A DNA stretch of 64,000 nt from Hypanus sabinus (GCF_030144855.1 NC_082728.1:45260001-45324000); one strand, 5' to 3'. Shown: positions 12,087-24,732, counted from the stretch's first letter. Program-made: numbers and translations. Notes: generated from the letters alone by a model not told the origin.

Positions 12087-12960
12087 ACCCTTTGAGAAAA
12101 TAGTCTATGCCTTTATTCCTTCTACCAATGTGCATAACCAAACATTTCCCTACAGTGTAACACACATAAGCTGCTGGAGGGACCCAGCAGGCCAGGCAGC
12201 ATCCATGCAAAAAGTACACTGACATTTCGTCCTGAAACGTTGACTGTACTTTTTTTTTACTTGGATGCTGTCTGGCCTGTTGAGTTCCTCCAACATCTTG
12301 TGTGTTGCTTGGATTTCCAGCATCTGCAGATTTTCTCTTGTTTGTGATTTGATCCCTACAGTGTATTCCAACTGCCACTTCTTTCCCCATTCTCCTGATC
12401 TGTACAACTCCTCCTGCAGACTCCTTATTTTTCTCAACACTGCCTGTGCCTTCACCAATCTTTATATCGTCCACAAACCTGGACAGAAAGCCATCGATTC
12501 TTTGATACAGATCAGTAGCATGTAACGTGAAAAGTAGCTGACCCAGCACTGACCCCTGGGGAACACCACTGGTCATCGGCAGCCAATCGCTGAAGGCCCC
12601 ATTCACTCCCCGGCTTTGTTTCTCGCCAGTCAGGCAATCTTCTATCCATGCTAGCTAGCATCTTTCCTGTATTACCATGGGCCTTATCTTGTTCAGCAGC
12701 CGCATGTGCAGCACTTTGTCAAAGGACTTCTAAAAACCCAAGTGAACAATATTCACAGGCTCTCCTATGTCTGTCCTGCTTGTTATTCCCTCCAACAATT
12801 CCAGTAGATTAGTGTCAAGCATGATTTTCCCTTAAGGAAACAATTCTGACCGTGGTCTATTTTATCACGTGTCTCCAAAAACCCCAGAATCTCATCCTTA
12901 ATAATAAATGCTAACATCTTACTCACCACTGAAGTCAGGCTTACTGGCTTGTAATTTGGG
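12087..12960 (-). mobile_element. CR1 LINE RT fragment, interrupted at 12160-12352
   Basis: ORF has SGVPQGSVLG and FVDD (RT motifs). Confidence 0.85.
12160..12352. mobile_element. Palindromic short element made of two inverted Penelope terminal-repeat halves, with 13-bp TSD
   Basis: TSD tccctacagtgta at 12147-12159 and 12353-12365. Arms gctggagggacccagcaggccaggcagcatcc / ggatgctgtctggcctgttgagttcctccaac around the centre tttcg-tcc-tgaaa. Confidence 0.8.
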
Positions 12961-13224
12961 TGACCTTTGCTGTTGTGCTAAAGGGCATCAGGCACATGAA
13001 ATGTGTCATCTCCAAACTATCAGAACTTGCACTGGTTGCAATGAGGGATAAATTGGGGTAAGTACAGTGAAGTGCCAAGGTCTGGGGCAGCAGTACACTT
13101 TCCCTTCCTGTCTGCTCCAGATCCCTCACCTCAGCAGGCTCAACACTCCTTTAAAAACGCGTCCTGCCGCCCTTCAGAAACCGTCCATCAACAAGACCAT
13201 GCTGAGAGATGGCGCAGTTCTTAC

Positions 13225-13350
13225 CTCACAAACGGCCTTCTTCGCCTTCTCGTCCGAGCCTCTGAACTCGCTGGTCAGCTCCTCGTGCTCAGTCACCAGC
13301 TGCTGGAACTCCACTTCCAGCTTGCGTTTGATGACAGCGATTCCTTGGAA
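13225..13350 (-). CDS. MYH16: MYH16-like exon (126 nt): FQGIAVIKRKLEVEFQQLVTEHEELTSEFRGSDEKAKKAVCE
   Basis: ctccag|TTC ... GAG|gtaaga. 126 nt as in sarcomeric MYHs; EHEEL.SEFR is MYH16-type. Confidence 0.93.
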
Positions 13351-14149
13351 CTGGAGTAGGACAGGGGAGGGATTAGTCAGTGGTGCCCTGGAGAGAGGGG
13401 GTACTACCTGAAGGTCTTATCGCCCAGGGTTGTGAGCCATCTTCAGCCCAGGATGGAGAGTTGTGTTATGCACAGATACTGGTAACCCCTGTGTTTCATG
13501 CCTAGAACACGGCCCACGATACAAGGTGAAGTACTGCCATCTACATATACATCAACAAAGCAAAATAAAACTTGGTTACTTATTTTTTTCCCAAATAAAT
13601 TCTATGAGGATTAATTTTATTCCACATCACAAATTTTTAGGTAATGATTTTTTCAAGAATGAATTTCCGTAATGTGAACGGCCTTCTGGCTGGCTGCTGA
13701 CTGTGTACAACTGGCGGGTTGACTCTGGAGCTGAGGGAGTTCTCTCAGACTGAGCCCAAGGAACCTGTAGTCCTTGTGCAACTGAGAAATGAGAAGGGAC
13801 CTGTACTCTGTTCCAGGTTAGGCTGGTCCAAGGAGAGATCGCTTCATTCTGAGAACCGTAAATCTTTTGGAGTTCTCCGCTTCATAGGGCTCGTTGGCTG
13901 AGATGGAATGATTCTTAAGAACTTTGGAGTCAAGCAACATAGGCAGGAGGGCAGAGAGTGAGTGAAGAAAGAGACCTGCCTAGCCCCATTTCGATTGCTC
14001 ACCTCTTCCAGTTTTGCCAGTCTGAGCCCATTGAGAATTCCCCAGGCTCTACACCCTCCATCGTCGGCCCACAGCCTGCTGTTGTTGGAGGGGATATTCC
14101 AAACCCCACCCTTGCAGCTTTCGGTATACCGGCCTGCGAGAGTCAGGAC

Positions 14150-14980
14150 ACCGAGACTGGAAGTTATGCTGCAGCTGCACAAGATGTTGGTGGGTTGCAC
14201 ATGGAATATTATATTCAGTTTTGGTTACCCTGCTATAGGAAAGATGTCATTAAGCTGGACAAAAACACAGAGCAGATTTACGAGGATGTTGCCTGGACTT
14301 GAGGGACTGATAGAGGCCAAGCAGGTCGGGACTTTATTCCTTGGAGTGTAGGAGAAGGAGGGGTGTACAGTCTTTTTCCTAGGATTAAGGAATCAGACCC
14401 CTCCAGAACAAGGGGTCACAGTTTAAGGATAAAGGGGAAGCCTTTTAGGACTGAGATGAGGAAAATCTTCTTCACACAGAGAGTGGTGAATCTGTGGAAT
14501 TCTCTGCCACAGGAAACAGTTGAGGCTGGTTCATTGGCTATATTTAAGAGGAGGTTAGATATGGCCCTTGTGGCTAAAGGGATCAGGGGGTATGGAGAGA
14601 AAGCAGGTACAGGGTTCTGAGTTGGATGATCAGCCATGATCATACTGAATGGCGGTGCAGGCTCGAAGGGCCGAATGGCCTACTCCTGCACCTATTTTCT
14701 ATGTTTCTGTGTAACTGTAAGGGATAGGGAGGGGCAAGTTTAATAGGAACCTGAGAAGCAACTTTTTCCATCCAGAACATGGTCAGTAAATGGAATGGGT
14801 TGCCAGCCAAACTTGTTGAGCAGATACATCAGCAACATTTAAAACTTCCTTGGAGAGACGCATGGACAGAACAGGTTTCAAGGGAAAGGGGCTAACTGGT
14901 GGCAAATGCAATTCTCTTAGATGGAAGTCCTGGTCGGCAGGGACCAGTTGGGCCAAAGGGCCTGTTTCTATGTGGTATGA
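14150..14980 (+). mobile_element. CR1 relic with a younger CR1 3' end nested at ~14400-14710
   Basis: Two CR1 3' ends in series; inner copy RTRGHSLRIKGKPFRTEMRKIFFTQRVVNLWNSLP ends in tctatgtttc. Confidence 0.8.
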
Positions 14981-15315
14981 TGGTATCTCCACGATCTGAT
15001 CCCATTTACCCATATTAGGTCTGCAACTCTCAATACCTTGGCTCCCCAGATGCTTCCTAAATTTCTGGGACAGCGCCAGTCTTCATCACCTCTTCAGTCA
15101 ATGGAAGATCCAAATCCCAAAATCTACCCTGTGGAAAAAGGAAGCCCCTCACACTCCTCTGCAGCTCCTCCCCCTCACTTCCAACCTGCACCCTCTGGTC
15201 TTGACTCGCCCAGCCCCCTCTCTGTGCCCTCAGGATTTCACACACCCAGAGGGCCTGTCTCCAACAAAGGGAGGTAGCGAGACGCTGCCCATTCCCCAGT
15301 GCCAGCCCGCCTCAC

Positions 15316-15519
15316 CTGCATGTTGACTTCATTGTGTTTTTCGGTTATCTCCATCAGCTCCTGCTCCAGGAGCCTGCGGCTGCGCTCGCTCAGGTCCAGG
15401 GTGCTGCGGGTCTCCTCCAGCTCTGCCGAGAGCGCGCCAGAACGTCGCTCTGCCAGCGCGAGCTGCTCTTGCAGCTCTTCGTGCCGCCGGGCATCCTCCT
15501 CCATCTGGCTCTGCGTGTC
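15316..15519 (-). CDS. MYH16: MYH16-like exon (204 nt): DTQSQMEEDARRHEELQEQLALAERRSGALSAELEETRSTLDLSERSRRLLEQELMEITEKHNEVNMQ
   Basis: tgccag|GAC ... CAG|gtgagg; 204 nt as in sarcomeric MYHs. Confidence 0.95.
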
Positions 15520-17260
15520 CTGGCAGGGATACAGCTCGGTCAGCACAGGAGGGCGAGGGAGGGGAGGAGTGGGGAGTCGAGGGGAGGATGGTTGCTGTGC
15601 CGAAGGGTGGACAGGGAATTTGCAGAGCAACACTCCAAACCTAATCGTTCAGCCAACTTGCATGCAGGAACCCCAGGAACTGATCGTACACAACAAGCTC
15701 CCAAAAGCAGCAACTACAACAACCAGATGCCCTTGTTTTGGGATGCATCTGACTATAATTTTTGTCCAGAATTCCTGGCCTCCAACTTGGTCCCATGGGA
15801 AGAGTGGTTAGGAGTTGGAAGGGGTCCACACACTTGAGCTTGCTGGTGTTCCACCCCCACCACTCCCAAACCATCCCAATGAAGGAAACACGGGCTTTCA
15901 GGGAAATGGTTTCCTCGCCTGTCCGGGTTGATTCTGGAGGTGAGGGCGTTAGTCAAGAGGAGAGATCGAGTTGCTGGAATTCAGAAGAATGAGGTAGGGA
16001 TCTTATAAAAATGCATAAGATTACGGAAAGGGTAGATGAGATAGAGACAGGAAGGGGATAGGTGAGTTTAGAACTGTGGGACATAGCCTCACGATTTGGG
16101 AGCGGAGATGAGTAGTGAATTCTGTGCCAATGGAAACAGCAAAGGCTACCTCATTAAATATACTTGGTATATCAGGGGAATTAAGAGCTATGGAAAAACG
16201 GCAGGTAGGTGGGGCTGTGTCCACAAGCAGATCAATGGTAGAGCAGGCTCACCTGGTCAGGTAGCCTACTCTGTGCCTATTTCTTCTGTTCTTTTGTCTT
16301 CACCTACTTCTGCCCAGTTGGGCTCTCTCCTATACACCGATAGTTCAGCAGTCTGCAACCTGCACCATTTCTCTTTCACCACCTGCTGAATATTTCCAGT
16401 GTTTTCTGTTTTTACTTCAGATTTCCAGCACCTGCAGCTTCACCAATTTTTGTTTTGTGCTCCTCTTCCCTCTCCCACTGCCACCCCTCTCTGTCCCATC
16501 CCCTCAGTGATCTCTCCTTCCCTTCCCACCAATCCGCTGACTTCTCAGCTTCAGCTCCCCCTTCCTCCTCCTCCCCAAATCTGATAACTTGCAAAGTAAT
16601 TACTGAAGTCTGGGCTAGCTGCCACAGATCACAGGCTCCGAACGAGGATTTTCACAGCACTGGGTATTTTTGCATTTGCCTGTGCTGAAGAAGATGGAAA
16701 GATGTTCGATGTCCCCAGAGATTCCCACATGTAGAGGTTTTCTCGATGTTCTGGGGTATGTTTTTAAACCCGTAGATACTGACAGCCCCCGTGCCCACAG
16801 AACCGCAGACTCTCTCCTTGCTCTTATGAGATGCTGCATGTGCTGGAAAACCTGAGCAATACAAACAAAATGCTGGGACGGGATCTCAGCAAGTTAGTTA
16901 GCATCTATGGAGGGGAATAAATAGGGTAGAGTAAACATTCTCCCCTCCATCCCCCTCCCACATACCTTTCCCCTCACTTTGTCTCACCTATCAATGGCCA
17001 ACTTGTACACCTTCTCCTCCTCCCACCATCTTATTCTGACATCTACCCCCTTCTTTTCCAGTCCTGATAGAAGGTTTCAGCCTGAAACATTTGCAGTTTA
17101 TTCCCCTCCACTGATAATGCCTGACGTGCTGAGTTCCCCTGCTTCAGCCCATAGACCAAAAGATGGTAAACAATGCCACCTGGTGGCTGCACAAGTGCTG
17201 ACAATTGGCTCCAAGAAATCCCTTGCAGTCAGACAGCGGGCTGACACTGATTCCTTAACA

Positions 17261-18360
17261 TGGTGGTCACCAACCTTTTTAAGCCCAAGATCCCCTACCT
17301 TGGCCTTAGTAAAAGGCAAGATCGACCTACTAAATCGTTTAGTCACATGCATGTGCACTGGGCAGAGACCAGAAGTAAAACCCCACAACCCGGAAGTAGA
17401 AACAATGTATGTACACCAGGGGTCACCACGGACCGGTTTAGTATTGACAATATTCTTGCGAACCAGCCGATGGGGGGAGGGGGGGTGTTAAAAACAACTG
17501 GAATACAGTGATACTCGAAGGAGGTTCCTTACGTCTAGTCTATTCTGCAATTTAGTTTACGTGGCTCTCAGCACTTGCTTCTGTCCCACTTGCTCACGTT
17601 TTTTCCACTGAAAAAACTCAGTGGGTTTGTCTTTAAGCACTGGGTGCTTGGACTCAGGGTACCGAAGCAGTTTTGAGGGCTTCATTGCCTCATTAGACAG
17701 CCTCCGGGCCCAAACTCCACCCTCCCGCCCACCTGCTGCCAGGTGTGGTTGGTCGTGGGTGGGGTGCGAGGACAAGGTCAGGGCCGGAGGCTCTGTACTG
17801 GGGTCACGGCGGCCGCAGTTCGGAGAGAGCAATCGAGTGAGGATTGTCTGCCCCCCGTTGTGGGATCTATTGGCCGACAAAAGTTTGTTTCAGTAGAAAC
17901 CCTGAGCCCGAATTAGGTCATCTGCGAATACTGTATTTTAGCAGCGGGTTCCCCATGAACAGGTTTAGAGGCGGCGCCCATCTGTCCACGCTCCAGGCCA
18001 GGATCAACGGCAGGCCAACCAGTGATCCCTGGCGCGAGGGTATCACTGCGTTTAGGTGACTGATGACCTCGTGTGTGTTTAATAGTGGCCGTGACAGGGA
18101 ATGAGGAAAGGTGCAGCTGACTCATATCATTTCATATTGCCAAATCATATCGTTTCCTCGTGGCCCGGTGGTTGGGGACCACTGAAGTACTCTGTGTAGT
18201 GCGTGGCGGGGGAGCTACGCGCATGCACACTGGGCAGAAAGAACGGAACTAAAACCCCGCAACCCGGAAACAATCTCTCAACAGTATTCGTGTATTTATT
18301 TTTAGTTTCTTTTCGGTTCTACTGGGAAAGTCTCAAAGATCGACCAGTCGGCAACCACTA
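17261..18360. mobile_element. Non-autonomous hAT element (outer), 8-bp TSD
   Basis: Perfect TSD ccttaaca at 17253-17260 and 18361-18368; termini tggtggtcaccaac / gtcggcaaccacta. Confidence 0.85.
17417..18184 (-). mobile_element. Nested hAT (Charlie/Buster-type) deletion derivative with transposase N-terminal remnant
   Basis: Termini caggggtcacca / ggttggggaccactg; degenerate TSD atgtacac/aagtactc; minus ORF LSNEAMKPSKLLRYPESKHPVLKDKPTEFFQWKKRE resembles the Buster/ZBED5-type BED-finger region. Confidence 0.8.
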
Positions 18361-18654
18361 CCTTAACAGATATGCTGGCTGTGTGGAAGGGAACAAATTG
18401 ATGGGCAGCTTGGGCCACATCTGCCCCTGGCTCTGTCCAATAGTGCCAAAGCAGACTAAAGAGTTCACGTCCAATCCCAGGCCATCAAGACCTTACCATT
18501 CTCTTTCATCTGTCGGTCAACAACCAGTATTCGGATGGGAATTCATGAACTCAGGATGAGGAGAGAAATGGCGAGTTACCTCTTTCTTCATTTATTTCAA
18601 AATTCTAATTTTTATTTGTTTCAATATCTCTTTTTTTTCAAAACTATATTTCCG

Positions 18655-18960
18655 TAACACCATAAGATATAGTAGCAGAATTAAGCCATTTATTTAATTG
18701 AGTGTACTTTTCAACCCCATTTTCACACCATTTCCCATAATCCTCAAATCCCTTACTAATTAAGAACCTATCCTTCTCTGCCTTAAATACAGCCAATGAC
18801 AGCCTCCACAACTCCTTATGGTAAGGAATTCCACAAATTCACTGTTCTCTGGCTGAAGAAATTCCTCCTTACCTCGGTTTTAAAGGGACATTCCCTTATT
18901 CAGTGCCTTCAGATCCTAGACTTTCCCTCTAATGGAAATGCCATCTCCAAGTCCACTGTA
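18655..18960 (-). mobile_element. CR1 LINE 3' fragment
   Basis: ttccacaaattcactgttctctggctgaagaaattcctcc is the reverse complement of the CR1 ORF2 C-terminus. Confidence 0.7.
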
Positions 18961-18997
18961 TTCAGTAAGTTTCTTTTATTTATCTGTCTATGATTTC

Positions 18998-19285
18998 AAC
19001 AGCAGTGTAATGGTTAGTGGGACACTTGGAGCGTTGAGAGTTCAGAGTTCAATCTGGAGTCATCTGTAAGGAGTCCGTGCCTTCTCCCATGGAATGTGAG
19101 GATTTTCTCCAGGTGCCCCAGTTTGCCCCCAAAGTCCAAAGGCATACTGGTTAGTAGGTTAACTCATCATTGTAAATTGCCCCCTGATTAGGCTAGGGTT
19201 AAACTGGGGGTTGCTGGGTGGCATGACTCGAAGGGCTGGAATGGTCTACTCCACGGTGAATCTCAATAAGTAAATAAATAAATCT
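18998..19285 (+). mobile_element. V-SINE (HE1-like)
   Basis: A/B boxes (gtgtaatggttag, gagttcaatc), V-domain, CR1-like tail, (TAAA)n end. Confidence 0.75.
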
Positions 19286-19873
19286 CTCTGCACAGAACCA
19301 CTCAATTCCGGGCTCAGAAAACCCAGGAGCAATGTATCCACACAACTGGATCTGATTAGCTTTGAATTGGCCACGGTTGAGGGAGTACAGTGTATTAGCT
19401 GATTATTCAGCTATGGCAAGCATCACTCAGTCTACTATTTGGCATGCAAGAACACATTCAATTAGATCTGATGAAAGATTTTATCTTAATCTTCTTTTGG
19501 TGAGTGAAGCTGGGATGAATTCCTCAACTGCCTTGCTCAGAAAGACCAGGCTTACTGTTCCACTCAGTGAGTCATTAAGGCCGTCTGTGGATGCTCTCTC
19601 TCCTGTCCTGGCTGTTTCTGCTATCCTCTCTCACCCACTATTTCTGTTCAGTTCTGATTTACGAACAATTTATGCTATGAATTCTCGGGAACAGAACCCT
19701 GGGGTCTTCTTGGATAATTGTGCAGACTCTCTGTGAGAACAATCAGCAGCTTATGTGTGGCTTTGGTCTACTTGCCTGAGATAGGTGGAGTGAGCTGAAA
19801 TTGCATCAGACCAGTGACCGGGGCAGTGGGAGTGTCAGATGAGGGGTAATTGGGTCGACCAGCTCTGTCTCAC

Positions 19874-20066
19874 CTTCACTTGTTGCTGCAGTTTCTTTAG
19901 CAGCTTCAGTAGTTCGCTGTTGTTCTTGTTGCCTTGGTCCAGCTGAACCTCCAGCTCATTCAGATCATTCTCGAGCTTCTTCCTCACCCTCAGAGCCTCG
20001 GCCCGACCTTTCACCTCTGCGTCAAGACTGGCCTGCAGTGAATCTAGACTCCGCTGATGGTTTTTC
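19874..20066 (-). CDS. MYH16: MYH16-like exon (193 nt): (R)[64 protein letters not shown]
   Basis: tttaag|GAA ... AAG|gtgaga; phase 2 in, phase 0 out; KGRAEALR and NKNNSEL are MYH16-type. Confidence 0.95.
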
Positions 20067-20589
20067 CTTAAAAGGCAAAATATGGTTGCATCATCAGAAA
20101 GGCGTGAAACAAGCCCAAGGCCCAACCAACAAATCTGACCAACTGATGAAGACAAACGTCAGCCAGAGATGTTAATTATTCTTAAAATTGTGCAAAACTG
20201 ACTACTTGGCTGAACGTTCATTTCTACTTTCTGAAAAACTCTGTTACATGTGTTTTGACCACTTAATCCCATTCCCCCATTACCCATATGAATGGTGCCC
20301 CACACTGTAAGCCCAACAATTCCATACATGGAGCCAATCACCTCAGGGGCTTTCTCCCAAACTCCCTCTCACCCTACCACCCAGCTCTGCAACTTCCCCC
20401 TTTGCACATCGCTAATTCAGCCCTCTCAAAGGTTCTCAATGATCATTGTGCTCCCAAGGGCAAATGTACCTTCTCCCACTGGATCAATAAAGCTTCCAAT
20501 TCCCTCCCTAAAACTTTGGTCATCTCTCCCTTGAAGATGCTCTCTCTTTAACCAAGCTTTGGATGACCTTTTATGATCAACACAAGAAA

Positions 20590-21500
20590 TTTTGAGCTGC
20601 TGAAAATCCAAAGCAACACATTCAAAATGCTGGAGGAACTCAGTGGGTCAGGCAGCAGCTATGGAAATAAATAGATAATTGACGTTTCGGAATGAGATCC
20701 TTCTTCAGGGCTGAGAAGGAAGGGGGAAGATGCCAGAGTAAAAAGGTGAGAAGAGGAGAAGGAGGACAAGTTGGAAAGTGACAGGTGAAGACGGGTGGGA
20801 AAGGACAAGGGCTGGAGAAGAAGGAATCTGATAGGAGAGGAGAGTGGACCACAGGAGAAAGGGAAGCAGGAGGGAACCCAGGGGAAAGTAATAGGCAAGT
20901 GAGAAGAAGTAAGAGGCTGGAGGCCAGAGGGGGGAATAGAGAAATGGGGGGGGGGGGGTGGAATTTGTTTACCGGAGGAAGGAATCAATATTCATATCAA
21001 CAGGTTGGAGGCTGGGCAGATGAAATATAAGGTATTGCTCCTCCACCCTGAGAGTCACCTCATCATAGCATAAGAGGAGGCCATGGAAGGACGTATCAGA
21101 ATGGTAATGGGAATCAGAATTAAAATGTATGGCGTCTGGGAATTTCCGCTTTTGGTGGATGGAGCGGAGGTGCTTGACGAAGTGGTCCTCCAATTTACAA
21201 CAGGCCTCAACAAAGTAGAGGAGGCCACAAAACACAATGGACAACCCCAGCAGACTGGCAGGTGAAGTGCTGCCTCACCTGGAAGGACTGTTCGGGGCCG
21301 TGAATGGAGGACAAGGTGCTTGGGCAGGTGTGGCACTTAGGCTGCTTTCAGGGACAAGTGCTGGGAAGGAGATTAATGGGGTGGGACGAATGGACAAAGG
21401 AATCACAGAAGATGCGATCCCTGCAAAAACCCGGGGGTGGGGGTGTGGGTGGAGATATACTTGGGAGGAAGGATCCCTTTGGAGATGTCAGAAGTTGCAG
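20590..21500 (-). mobile_element. Penelope-like retroelement 3' part (GIY-YIG endonuclease relic plus terminal repeat)
   Basis: Frameshifted DHFVKHLRSI...HFNSDSHYHSD...GLLLC...LRVEEQYLIFHL; same family as 30490-31540; purine-rich linker then terminal repeat. Confidence 0.8.
20676..20713 (-). ncRNA. Minimal hammerhead ribozyme motif in the Penelope terminal repeat (core intact, stem I mismatched)
   Basis: Minus strand: cagcc CUGAAGA a gga ucucau ucc GAAA CG UC aauua. Confidence 0.55.
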
Positions 21501-21589
21501 AAAATGCTGTGTTCTATGATACCTCATCTTGGGTTGTGGGAATGTTTAGCTTAAGATTCTCCTGAGGAGCAGCCCGGGATATTTAAGAA

Positions 21590-21945
21590 CATCGAATAAT
21601 ACAGTGCAAGAACAGGACCTTCTGCCTATGATGTGCTAAGCCAACGAAAATAATAAACACCCAACGATTCCCTTCTGCCTACACAATGTCCATATCCCTC
21701 CATTCTCTGGACATTCACGGGCTTCTTAAACACGTCTATTGTACTTGCCTCCACGACAACCTTGGCAACCCATCCCAGGCATTCACAAATCTGAATTTTA
21801 AAAAATTGTTCTGCACTTCTCCTTTGAAACTAGCCCCTCCGACCTTACAACATGCCCTGCAGTATTAGAAAAATCAACCTGGGAAAAAAATATTGGCTAT
21901 GACTAGCTATGCCTCTGAGAATCTTATAAAACTCTCTCAAGTCTT
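21590..21945 (-). mobile_element. CR1 LINE 3' fragment
   Basis: Reverse-complement CR1 3' UTR and ORF2 end. Confidence 0.65.
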
Positions 21946-23159
21946 TTTGCTAAAGTCCTTGTTAAAGTGCTGCAGAGTTCAAGTTGCTGTATTTCCTTCT
22001 GGGGCCTGAAATTTCCTTTTGAAGTGCCTTCCTGTGCAATCAAACTTTCGGTCAACATCTGGATACCGATTCCTCCCTGAACCATGTCCTACACAGTCAA
22101 CATCCGTACTCCCCCCTCCACTGAAACTGTGTCTTCCTCCCAACCTGAATTCACAACCCAGGGGGATGGTCACTGACTAATAAAGCCACAGTCAGAACAA
22201 AAAACCTGCTCACTTCTGCCAAGCATTGATCAGTGATTTTGCCTCAGAGGAAGGGGAAGTCCCACAGCTCCAACACTAACACTGATAATGAAGCATAATC
22301 TAACTGCCACATTAACCTTTTTGGTCTCATCCTATCAGAGCGAGAGTCAGGAGCACAGAAACATCCATACTAACCAAGATGCCCAACCAAACTCATTCCC
22401 CTTGCCCATGTTAAACCTTTCCTATCCATGCACCTGCCCAACTATATTCTCCTTGTTTTACCCACCGCCTCTTTCGTTGCCTTTTTTTAACAGATGAAAA
22501 TTAACTTGTTTCTCTCTTTCCCGTTTCTGACAAAAGGTCTGGACCCGAAAGGGTCTCTCTTCACAGATGCTGTCTGAGCTGTCGAGAATTTCTAGCACTT
22601 GTATGTTTCCCATTTCAGTTTCCACACTTGCAATTTTTCTAATTTCCTAAATGCCCTCAGGAGCAAAGCCGCTGTTTCACACTTACCACAAGAGGGAGGA
22701 GATTCCAACAGAAGTTATGGAAAAGAAAAGGAGAGAAATATGAGTAAAGATGACAAACAGAGTGAGCAGCAGAAATCCCTTTATTCGAGGAGCTACCAAG
22801 CACAGTAAAAAAAACAAATTAACCTTTATACTTTCAAAATTTTGCAATTATCAATAAACATCCTTTTCAAGTTCTGAGCACCTGACTTATGAGCTGCCTG
22901 TATACATGAATGAGTATTTGAGAGACCGTCAGGATGCATTTGCCAAATGCTGCGGGCACTTTCTGCCGTATAGGAACTTAGTTCATGGCAACATCATTGC
23001 ATCTTGCAGAGAAATCTGAATGGTTGGGTTAAACGTTCTGGCTTAACTGCATGTTGCTCTTGGTTGGCCAGAGTTTTCATTTAAGTAAAATGCTGGCTGG
23101 TTGCATTTCTGATGTGCAGCTTCTGGGTAATGAAGTGTTCTGTCGTTACATGGGGAGAA

Positions 23160-23700
23160 CCTGTTTCAGCATCCATTGTTCAGTCTGAGCAATGCACAAC
23201 GTGCTGCGTTGCATGGACGATCCCCACTGACTTTGAGATTCCTGATCATTCAGCTGATTGCTGCTGTGCAGTAGGGATGCTACAAATTATCTCAGCCTTC
23301 TCAGCTCAAGGGAAGGGGAAAACAGGGCCCTCATCTCGTTTCATCCCAAGTAGCTGTGTAACAGAGCTATCTGATCTACGTGCTGATCCCGTGACGGACT
23401 TCAAGTGTTGTTGGAAGGCCATCAACTTGGTGAAAGACCCTCTTTGATCTACCCGAAGCTTATCGGTCTTTCCAGATGTCTGGAAGGGAATGCTGCCAAC
23501 TGGCACATTCCACGTTGCAGGAGTGTGTGCTGAGGGATGCAGAGATATTCCGTGCTGCCAATGCAAATCCAGTGGAGAAGGGACACAGTCTAGGATCCTT
23601 TTGCAACTGGACATGCAGGGGCTGAGTTGGGCGCAGAAGTCCCTCAAACAGTGAAAAGGTGTATCATCCCAAGGAGCCACTTGAGTGGTGAAGGCAGTAT
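23160..23700 (-). mobile_element. Old LINE 5' relic (APE endonuclease start; RTE-like)
   Basis: Minus ORF contains ATWNV, the APE N-terminal motif; heavily degenerate. Confidence 0.35.
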
Positions 23701-24628
23701 GGTTAAAAAGTGTTAACGCAATGGAATATGTTGACCAAATGATTTTAAGCCTGTAAAGAGTTTTGTCCAATGTTTTCCTTGGAGTTACAGAATGATATAG
23801 CAGGGCAACAGGCCCTTCTGCACAATTCCTCCATGCTGACCATGACGCCAGTGACCAAGTCCCGTCTGCCTGTGTTTGGTCAGCCCCCTAAACCTCTCCT
23901 ATCCATGTACTTTAAACTTTGCCTCAACCATTATTTCTGGCAGCTCATTCCGTATATGCACCAGTCGTTGTGTGAAGATGCCCTAGATGCCCCTTTTAAA
24001 CCTCCCTCCTCTGACCTTAAACCTCTTGTTGTTAGCACATATTTTCACATACGAATAGGACATAAGTCAGATTACTCCACTCTGATAATGGGTAAGTCAT
24101 TCCCTGGTGCTAAGAAGGCAAACAGGACAGTGTTTTAATGCTCCGTTGTGTCACACAGGTCACTGAGAATCAATTCAGGAATGGGAATGAGTGGGAGGAA
24201 TATTATACTAAAACCTTTGCTCCATTTTTGCATTTGACAATTTAGCATTTTTAATTCCATTGACGTTAATTTATAGTTTAGATATATTACCACTGTGAGG
24301 CAGTAGTTCTAGAGCCTTAATGTCTGTGAGGGACAATTCCTGAGCTCTGCACAAAACATGAGCATGAATTTCAGAATTTTGAGTTTTTCTTATTTTCATA
24401 TTTACAGTTTTCTACTTCCTACCATAGTCTTGAAGAAGGAGACAAGTAGGAGCAGCAAATGGAAAGTTATGGCCAAGGTGTTTGTTCAAACCCTATCCTG
24501 ATTGGCGTTCCCTACACCCAACCCCAGCCCCTAGCACAACTTCTTTTCAATCATTTCACGTCTGATTCTCTTAGTTTTCCACTCTGCCATCCCTGGCGCA
24601 GTTGCCGATTAAAAGTAAATGAGGTTAC

Positions 24629-24732
24629 CTAGTGGCCTCAAATTCCTCTTCCTTCTCCTGGATCCTCCGATCCACCTCCGCCTTAACTTGCGTCAGCTCG
24701 AGCTGCAGTCGCACCACCTTGTTCTCTTCAGC
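24629..24732 (-). CDS. MYH16: MYH16-like exon (104 nt): AEENKVVRLQLELTQVKAEVDRRIQEKEEEFEAT(R)
   Basis: tttcag|GCT ... AG|gtaacc; in frame with both neighbours. Not in the ORF track. Confidence 0.94.

Noticed and set aside
13720-14150. L1 ORF1 relic on the minus strand
   Set aside because: Only faint resemblance; too degenerate to support.
4698-15837. Plus-strand ORFs (4698-5216, 6769-7158, 6914-7324, 15299-15811, 15334-15837) as an antisense gene
   Set aside because: They are shadows of GC-rich coiled-coil exons on the opposite strand, with no coherent protein or splice structure.
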